Positions 15,965-21,176 of a DNA stretch of 21,176 nucleotides are shown here, in pieces. The stretch spans positions 1 to 21,176 of the forward strand of contig JBDQPD010000058.1 of assembly GCA_040260805.1 (NCBI GenBank). The letters are read 5' to 3'. The notes under the pieces were generated by a model. That model was given only the letters and a program-made list of their open reading frames with translations. It searched no databases and had not been told where the DNA came from. A program made the position numbers and the translations under genes. Source of the DNA: Myxococcota bacterium. Its GTDB lineage: Bacteria > Myxococcota > UBA4151. How positions within the stretch are numbered: the first letter of the stretch is position 1; each line of letters begins with the position of its first letter.

Positions 15965-17383
15965 CTAACCCAAACCAAGAAGCGAAGGCAGTTGCGTCAA
16001 CATCGCCTCGTCAGCCGCTTCATTTGTCCGCGCCAGCGCCACCACGTCGAGCTTACCGCTGCGCGCCAGCGGGCCGACGTTGTAGAGGATAAACCGCCCC
16101 CCCTGACCGGGTCGCCACAACTGGTCGCCGAGAGCATCGATCACGTCATCAAAGGGGCGACCGATCAGCTCATCAAACAGCACGTCCTGAGCCCGATAAT
16201 GGTGGCGAGGTCCGGGGGGATTAGGATGGATCACGAGCCGATCGACCAACGCCATGGGCGTGCTGGTGCCACCCCAACGACCATTGCACTCGCTAAAGAC
16301 CACCTCAAACTCCTCATCGAGGCTGCCGGTCACCAGCAGATCAAAGGAGCACCGACCGACGTAGCCGAGCTGCTGCAGGGCTTGCGCCAGCGTCAACGAG
16401 CACTCGGACAGCGCCGCATTGACTGGCGCAGGCAGCGTGCTCGGGCGGCTGCCTAGAAAGACTCCCTGATCACCCTCAAGCAGCTGCTCATAGACCCCTT
16501 CAACCCATGGAAGCCCCTGCCCAAGCGGCGGAATCCACAGCTGCGTTGAGGGCGACGCCGCAGCGTCTAGCCAGGCACAGGCGATCAGATCCTCGTGTCC
16601 ATCCCATTGCGTTGCGTCCGCAAACTCGAGCACCAAATTCTTGACCTGATCATGGGTTAGCCGGCTGATTTGAGACGAATTAAGAACACGATTACCCATC
16701 GCCGATGCGCAGCGAGAGCGCTTTAACCCAATGCGATCGTGCTTTTGCGCTAAGCGCAGTAAGGTCGCAGCTAGCGCATCCGGATCACGCCCCTGATCGC
16801 CCTGCACCCTCAGGCTGGACCCGAGGACCGCATCGATCAGCTCGGTCAACATGCCCTTATCGTTAGCGATCCAAGTGACCACGGGCGGCGGCGCGATGAC
16901 CCGAACGTCCTTTTCGGTACTTTGCTGCAGCTTGAGCCCAAGCTCCCAAGCGCTGTGAATTCCCATGTACGGATGAATCGTCAGAGCTCCCTCATCGCGC
17001 AACGCAGCGGCGAGTCGATCAAAGGTCTCGCCCTGCGCACACGCCGCGGCGACCTCGATGACCGAACCGACGGGCTCGGCGAGCAAGAAGGTCGGAGACC
17101 CCATCCCGAGGACCTCTCGGCAATAGCGCTCATAGCCCGTTGCTGGCGGAGTGACGGCGGCAAAGAAATCGCCATCGCCGCACCGGACTCGTGCTCGGTG
17201 CTGATACTCTTCCATCCCGGGAACACCCTCAAGGAACGGGATCCCACTGACGTCATCTAAGTGAAGGGTCCGGGCAGACTGTCCCGACCACAACAGGGAG
17301 GCGTAAGGCGCCGTTTGTTCGTCGACACCCCAACGCTTTGCGAGCTCGCGCACGGCTGCTCGTTGGTCTGGATTCAAGCCCAT
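15965..17383 (-). CDS. ATP-grasp-fold enzyme (pre-ATP-grasp / PGM1-like peptide ligase family)
   Basis: ANDKG, KRSRCASAMGN loop, SPSTQ, EQLLEG...FLGS, GYVGRCSFDLLV, FSECNGRWGG (ExNxR metal-binding motif). Confidence 0.75.
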   Translation of the reverse strand: MGLNPDQRAAVRELAKRWGVDEQTAPYASLLWSGQSARTLHLDDVSGIPFLEGVPGMEEYQHRARVRCGDGDFFAAVTPPATGYERYCREVLGMGSPTFLLAEPVGSVIEVAAACAQGETFDRLAAALRDEGALTIHPYMGIHSAWELGLKLQQSTEKDVRVIAPPPVVTWIANDKGMLTELIDAVLGSSLRVQGDQGRDPDALAATLLRLAQKHDRIGLKRSRCASAMGNRVLNSSQISRLTHDQVKNLVLEFADATQWDGHEDLIACAWLDAAASPSTQLWIPPLGQGLPWVEGVYEQLLEGDQGVFLGSRPSTLPAPVNAALSECSLTLAQALQQLGYVGRCSFDLLVTGSLDEEFEVVFSECNGRWGGTSTPMALVDRLVIHPNPPGPRHHYRAQDVLFDELIGRPFDDVIDALGDQLWRPGQGGRFILYNVGPLARSGKLDVVALARTNEAADEAMLTQLPSLLGLG

Positions 17384-17385
17384 GA

Positions 17386-17928
17386 TCAGCCCAGCGGCTC
17401 CGGCTCAACCTCTTCACCCGAATCGGCTAAGAAGCGCTTGGTGTAGTCTGCGTAATAGTTCCAGCGGCTGCGGATCCAATCCAGCTCATCCTCGCCCAGT
17501 TGACGAACGACTTTACCTGGGCTTCCCATCACCATGGAGCCTGGCGGGATCACCTTACCTGGCGGAATCAGCGACCCCGCAGCCACGACCGAACCCTCCC
17601 CGACGCGTGCTCCGTCGAGCACGATCGCGCCGATACCGATGACGCAGTTGTCTTCGATCGTGCAGCCATGAAGGTTGACGTTATGTCCGATCGTACAGCG
17701 ACTGCCGACGATGCAGTCATGCTCTCCCGAGAGCACATGCAAGCAGCTGTTATCTTGGATGCTGGTGTGATCACCAACGACGATGTCGCCGACGTCCCCT
17801 CGCAGCACAGCGCACGGCCAAACCGAGGCGCCCGCGCCGAGAAAAACTCGACCCAAGACACTCGCCTGCCGGTCCACATAAGCGCCCTTGCCGAGCTTGG
17901 GAACATGGCCTTCAAAAGATCGGATCAT
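17386..17928 (-). CDS. Gamma-carbonic-anhydrase family (YrdA/CaiE/PaaY-like) hexapeptide-repeat protein
   Basis: AVLRGDV, SIQDNSCLH, TIGHNVNLHGC (three His), GSPGKVVR. Start moved to ATG 17928 (GGAGG RBS, ATGA overlap). Confidence 0.93.
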   Translation of the reverse strand: MIRSFEGHVPKLGKGAYVDRQASVLGRVFLGAGASVWPCAVLRGDVGDIVVGDHTSIQDNSCLHVLSGEHDCIVGSRCTIGHNVNLHGCTIEDNCVIGIGAIVLDGARVGEGSVVAAGSLIPPGKVIPPGSMVMGSPGKVVRQLGEDELDWIRSRWNYYADYTKRFLADSGEEVEPEPLG

Positions 17929-19448
17929 CGTGCCTCCAGAACCCCCATGGCACGCCGAACACCTCGGCGTCGACGTCGACCCACAAAAAGGACCAGCAGC
18001 AGCCAGCCCTCGGCGCTTGCGGTCAAGCAACCGCAGCCTTGCCCAGGCTCGATATCCTCACCCCGATCGCTGCGCCGAGCGGGTCCGCCGTCAGCGACCC
18101 ACGATGCGTCTGCAGTGGCGCCTGAATCAACGGCTGCCGCGTCAACGCTGCCCGCATCACGGCCTGGGGCGGCACGGCTCAGCACCAGGTCCTGGTAGGA
18201 GGTTTGACCGGCGACGATCCGCACTTCGATCGACTGTGCTTGGTAACCCTGAGCCGCCGCATCAAGGGTCCAAAGTCCCGCCTCTAGATCGGCGAACCGA
18301 AAGGCTCCCTGAGCGTCCGCAAACTCGATCTCCTGCTGCTCACCCCGTGACAGCTTAATCCGAGCGCCCCCCACAGAGTCGCCTTGGCTGTCACCGACAG
18401 CGCCCTCGAGCGCACCGACTGGCTCAACCGCACCGGGTCGGGTGATCATCAGGTCTGGCTGATAGTGGTTGAGGATCTCAGCGGTCGAATCACCGCGCAC
18501 CGAACGCTCCAGGGAGCCCCACTGGCAGATACCGCGCACCAGGCACCGGTTACCGGCTTCGAGGAAGGGGTTGTCCTGATGCGCCATTCGATAGCTGTCG
18601 TGCCCGCACCAGGTGCGCACGCAGACCGGATCCAGCTCGCTATCCGCAACGATGTCTTCTCGCCGGACGTCATGAGGATTGCGGTAACTCGGCAGCGTAC
18701 CCTGGCGGGCACAGCTGCTGGCGTATTCGTGCTTCTCGATCTCAGTTCGATCAAAAATGGGGACCAAAATTTGTCCCGACGTGCTCTCGGCAGCTGCTTC
18801 GGACAGCGGATCGCGAGCGTCCTGATAGACCTGATTACAGGGACCATCGTGGATGTGGAACTCAGCGTCAGCGCCTTTGCGGAGATACCACCACACCGCA
18901 TAGGTCCGAGCTGCGATCGCAAAAGTCTCAAAGGAGGCGCGCACCCGGTCGTCGACCGCGCCGCGCTCAATCGCAACGCCTTGTCCGGTCCCGGCAGCTC
19001 GAAAGATCCCGATCTCTCCATGAACAACACCTGCGACGTAACTTTGCAGCGGCACCTCGTCGATTCGAAGGATCGGGTTCGAGCAATCGTTATCGGCGTG
19101 ACGAGCGACTCGAAGCTGTGCAGGAAGCTGCGCGTCCAGGGTATAGCCCAAGGTCTGAATTTGACCTGGCAGAGCCGAGGGCAACGCTGAGGGCTCTGGG
19201 GCCGGCGTCGATCGGCGCATAAACACACCGAAGCGTGTCGGGTCGCCCGAGACGACCGCACGGACAGACTCCTGATCCGGGGACAACTGAAAGCGATGAG
19301 TCTGCCCGTCGTAGGTCAGCGTGTGTCGCCCCGGTTCAAGAGCGCAAGCGCTCGCTGTGCAGACCCGGCCGTCCACATGCACCTCACCTGCGAGCGGCTC
19401 ACCCGCGGCGTCGAGCAAGACCACTAGGCCCCAAAGCGCAATCATCAA
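17925..19448 (-). CDS. SpoIID/LytB-domain protein with carboxypeptidase-regulatory-like domain and MYXO-CTERM-like tail
   Basis: PLQSYVAGVVHGE, AIAARTYA, NQVY, TSGQIL, GICQWGS, EILNHY; GAVGDSQG.SVGGA.I...DAQGAFRFADLEAGLWTL.A.AQGY; tail GCGC-hydrophobic-RRRRR. Confidence 0.85.
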   Translation of the reverse strand: MMIALWGLVVLLDAAGEPLAGEVHVDGRVCTASACALEPGRHTLTYDGQTHRFQLSPDQESVRAVVSGDPTRFGVFMRRSTPAPEPSALPSALPGQIQTLGYTLDAQLPAQLRVARHADNDCSNPILRIDEVPLQSYVAGVVHGEIGIFRAAGTGQGVAIERGAVDDRVRASFETFAIAARTYAVWWYLRKGADAEFHIHDGPCNQVYQDARDPLSEAAAESTSGQILVPIFDRTEIEKHEYASSCARQGTLPSYRNPHDVRREDIVADSELDPVCVRTWCGHDSYRMAHQDNPFLEAGNRCLVRGICQWGSLERSVRGDSTAEILNHYQPDLMITRPGAVEPVGALEGAVGDSQGDSVGGARIKLSRGEQQEIEFADAQGAFRFADLEAGLWTLDAAAQGYQAQSIEVRIVAGQTSYQDLVLSRAAPGRDAGSVDAAAVDSGATADASWVADGGPARRSDRGEDIEPGQGCGCLTASAEGWLLLVLFVGRRRRRGVRRAMGVLEAR

Positions 19449-19476
19449 CTATCCAAGTACCCTGGCTGCTTGACCC

Positions 19477-20604
19477 TCAGTCATCAGCGGGTCGGTTGGG
19501 TCGCAAAACCCAAATATGCTCTTCACCGGCAAAGGCACCGACGCCGGTCGTTTTGATTCGCCCTGCATCGCTCGAGGCTTGAGCCGCCTCAAAGGTCATC
19601 GTCTCCGGGTCAAATGCAGTGGTCGCCACGCGTGTGTGGCCGCCGTCTGCGACGTCCCCGCCGCGATGGTCGGTCATGACGAGGTCGCCCGGCTGGATGG
19701 TTTTCATAAACTCGAGAATCTTCTCCCGAGCGACCTCGGGCTCGAGCCCTTCAACGGCGACCTCAGACACCATCTTGAAGTGGGATTTGTTACCGTATTT
19801 CTCGGCGTATTTGTCGCTCCACTTGAAGAACTGATTGGCGTTTGGATACTCACCCTTGCCTCGATTTCCGTAGTACGGTGGCTCAAAGCCAGCGGCGGTC
19901 ATGGCGTTGCCGCCAAAAAGGTTGCACTTCCAGCGCCCCTTGAGGCCCCCGAGCGAGACATTCGCAGGCAGAGCGTGGTTTGGGTCAATATTATACCAGG
20001 CGTCTTGAACGCCATAGTGGTCGCCGTGCTTGTTAACGAGCATCTCAGCCGCCTTGCCCACCGACGCCGGATCGAGCGCAGGCGCTTTAATCGGGGCGTC
20101 ATTCAAACGACCGACCAAGATCGAGTTCGGCTGCCCTTGCTTGAGTGATTTCTCGAGCGCCGCCGCCGTTCGAGGGCCGACCACACCATCTGCGGTGAGT
20201 CCCTGTTGCGTCTGAAAAGCTTTGACCGCATCGGAGGTGGCTTGGTCCCAGGTCCCGGTACGAGGGACGTTCAGGTCGCTGGCTCCATCACGGCGAGCGA
20301 GCGTCTGCAGCGCACCTTGGAGCTGACCCACCGCCGCGTGATCGCTCCCCGACCTGGGCAGAACCACCGAGCCGTTCAGTAAGCCCGGCGCATTCTTTAA
20401 GCTGGTGACCTTAGCCTGAGCACGCCCTGCGTTGCCTAGCAGACTGGCTGCATCGGCGCGCCGAAAGGTCTCAAGAGCGTCGGTGACTCGCGCCGGATCC
20501 GTCGTCCGGTTCGCCTCGGCAACCGGCTGGTTTTCCGGGGTGAGCCGGTCGGTCGGCGTGGGATTAATTCGCGGTCGGTTGGACCCGATGGGTGCATTCG
20601 GCAT
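19477..20604 (-). CDS. Peptidoglycan-binding-domain protein with C-terminal NlpC/P60/CHAP-like Cys-His hydrolase domain
   Basis: VGQLQGAL...GTWDQATSDAVKAFQTQQGLTADGVVGPRTAAAL (PG_binding_1); WKCNLF..NAM..AG, IQPGDLV, GGHT. Start moved to ATG 20604 (AGGAG RBS). Confidence 0.8.
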   Translation of the reverse strand: MPNAPIGSNRPRINPTPTDRLTPENQPVAEANRTTDPARVTDALETFRRADAASLLGNAGRAQAKVTSLKNAPGLLNGSVVLPRSGSDHAAVGQLQGALQTLARRDGASDLNVPRTGTWDQATSDAVKAFQTQQGLTADGVVGPRTAAALEKSLKQGQPNSILVGRLNDAPIKAPALDPASVGKAAEMLVNKHGDHYGVQDAWYNIDPNHALPANVSLGGLKGRWKCNLFGGNAMTAAGFEPPYYGNRGKGEYPNANQFFKWSDKYAEKYGNKSHFKMVSEVAVEGLEPEVAREKILEFMKTIQPGDLVMTDHRGGDVADGGHTRVATTAFDPETMTFEAAQASSDAGRIKTTGVGAFAGEEHIWVLRPNRPADD

Positions 20605-20748
20605 GATGGACTCCTGAACGACTGATCGGCAGGTTGCCACGAAGGTTGCGTCAGCGACAACCTCAAAGCCGGGCCTTCCCCTTCGGAGAGTCGCTCGGTA
20701 GGTGAACACCGCACTGCGCACACGCGCGACCAACAAAGGACGCTGACG

Positions 20749-21176
20749 ATGAGCCGAACGATCAAAGCCCGACGAGGCGCCGAACGCGAATGTAAGACCT
20801 GGCAAGCCGAGGCTGCCCTGCGCATGATTCGCAACAACCTTGACCCTGAAAACGCCGAGCGACCCGAGGATTTGGTGGTCTATGGCGGGCGCGGGAAAGC
20901 GGCGCGCAACTGGGAGGCTTTCGAGGCGATCGAGCGCTCGCTGATCAACCTCGAGGAGGATGAAACGCTCCTCGTTCAAAGCGGCAAACCGGTGGCGGTC
21001 TTTCGCAGCCACATCGACGCACCGCGGGTTTTAATCGCCAACAGCAACCTGGTGGGTCGATGGGCCAACTGGGAACATTTTGATGAGCTCGATGCCCAAG
21101 GGCTGATGATGTACGGTCAGATGACCGCCGGTTCATGGATCTACATCGGCACTCAAGGTATTCTGCAAGGCACCTA
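20749..21176 (+). CDS. hutU: Urocanate hydratase, 5' part (runs off the right edge)
   Basis: Not in the ORF track; translated by hand: [10 protein letters not shown]...[35 protein letters not shown]...[10 protein letters not shown]...[17 protein letters not shown]...[34 protein letters not shown]. Confidence 0.97.
   Translation, partial: MSRTIKARRGAERECKTWQAEAALRMIRNNLDPENAERPEDLVVYGGRGKAARNWEAFEAIERSLINLEEDETLLVQSGKPVAVFRSHIDAPRVLIANSNLVGRWANWEHFDELDAQGLMMYGQMTAGSWIYIGTQGILQGT

Noticed and set aside
17929..18030. Longer gamma-CA start at 18030
   Set aside because: Lies inside the SpoIID gene tail; GGAGG and the ATGA overlap support 17928.
18384..19261. Long alternative ORFs 18384..19190 (+) and 18449..19261 (-)
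   Set aside because: Shadow frames of the SpoIID gene with no motifs; expected in GC-rich DNA. The same applies to the other nested ORFs such as 1124..1765, 13259..13870, 17500..18198 and 19516..20148.
17925..19448. Endospore-formation locus
   Set aside because: SpoIID/LytB domains are widespread outside Firmicutes; the context is diderm (Mla, beta-barrel, MYXO-CTERM) with no other spo genes.
20665..20745. Riboswitch or His leader peptide upstream of hutU
   Set aside because: Only an imperfect stem; no recognisable aptamer consensus or His-codon run. An Rfam scan would settle it.
20605..21012. N-terminal 136-aa extension of track ORF 19477..21012
   Set aside because: Largely antisense to hutU; a strong AGGAG RBS precedes ATG 20604.

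Overview
A gene-dense, GC-rich (roughly 60% by eye) bacterial chromosomal segment, probably from an uncultured Myxococcota-type organism. Evidence for this is a MYXO-CTERM-like sorting tail and Asp-Ala-Gly-rich linkers in three exported proteins. The left part (1-9199, minus strand) is an envelope/transport run: DAACS symporter, NodI/NodJ-like ABC exporter, alr, mlaE-mlaF-mlaD, a di-haem cytochrome c lipoprotein, a probable beta-barrel protein and a truncated lipoprotein. The middle (9338-14440, plus strand) holds a metallophosphoesterase, a small 2-TM protein, an M18 aminopeptidase and topoisomerase III. The right part (14437-20604, minus strand) holds a PG-binding Cys/His hydrolase, a SpoIID-domain MYXO-CTERM protein, a gamma-carbonic-anhydrase-family protein, an ATP-grasp enzyme, an HTH protein and a short Ppx/GppA. 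It is followed by the divergent 5' part of hutU. I saw no rRNA, tRNA, CRISPR array or mobile element. The best leads are a long MlaD with a beta-rich C-terminus (possible trans-envelope lipid bridge), a cytochrome/barrel gene pair, an amidase + SpoIID pair, and an ATP-grasp ligase followed by a possible 41-aa peptide ORF. All family assignments are by motif recognition; no searches were run.
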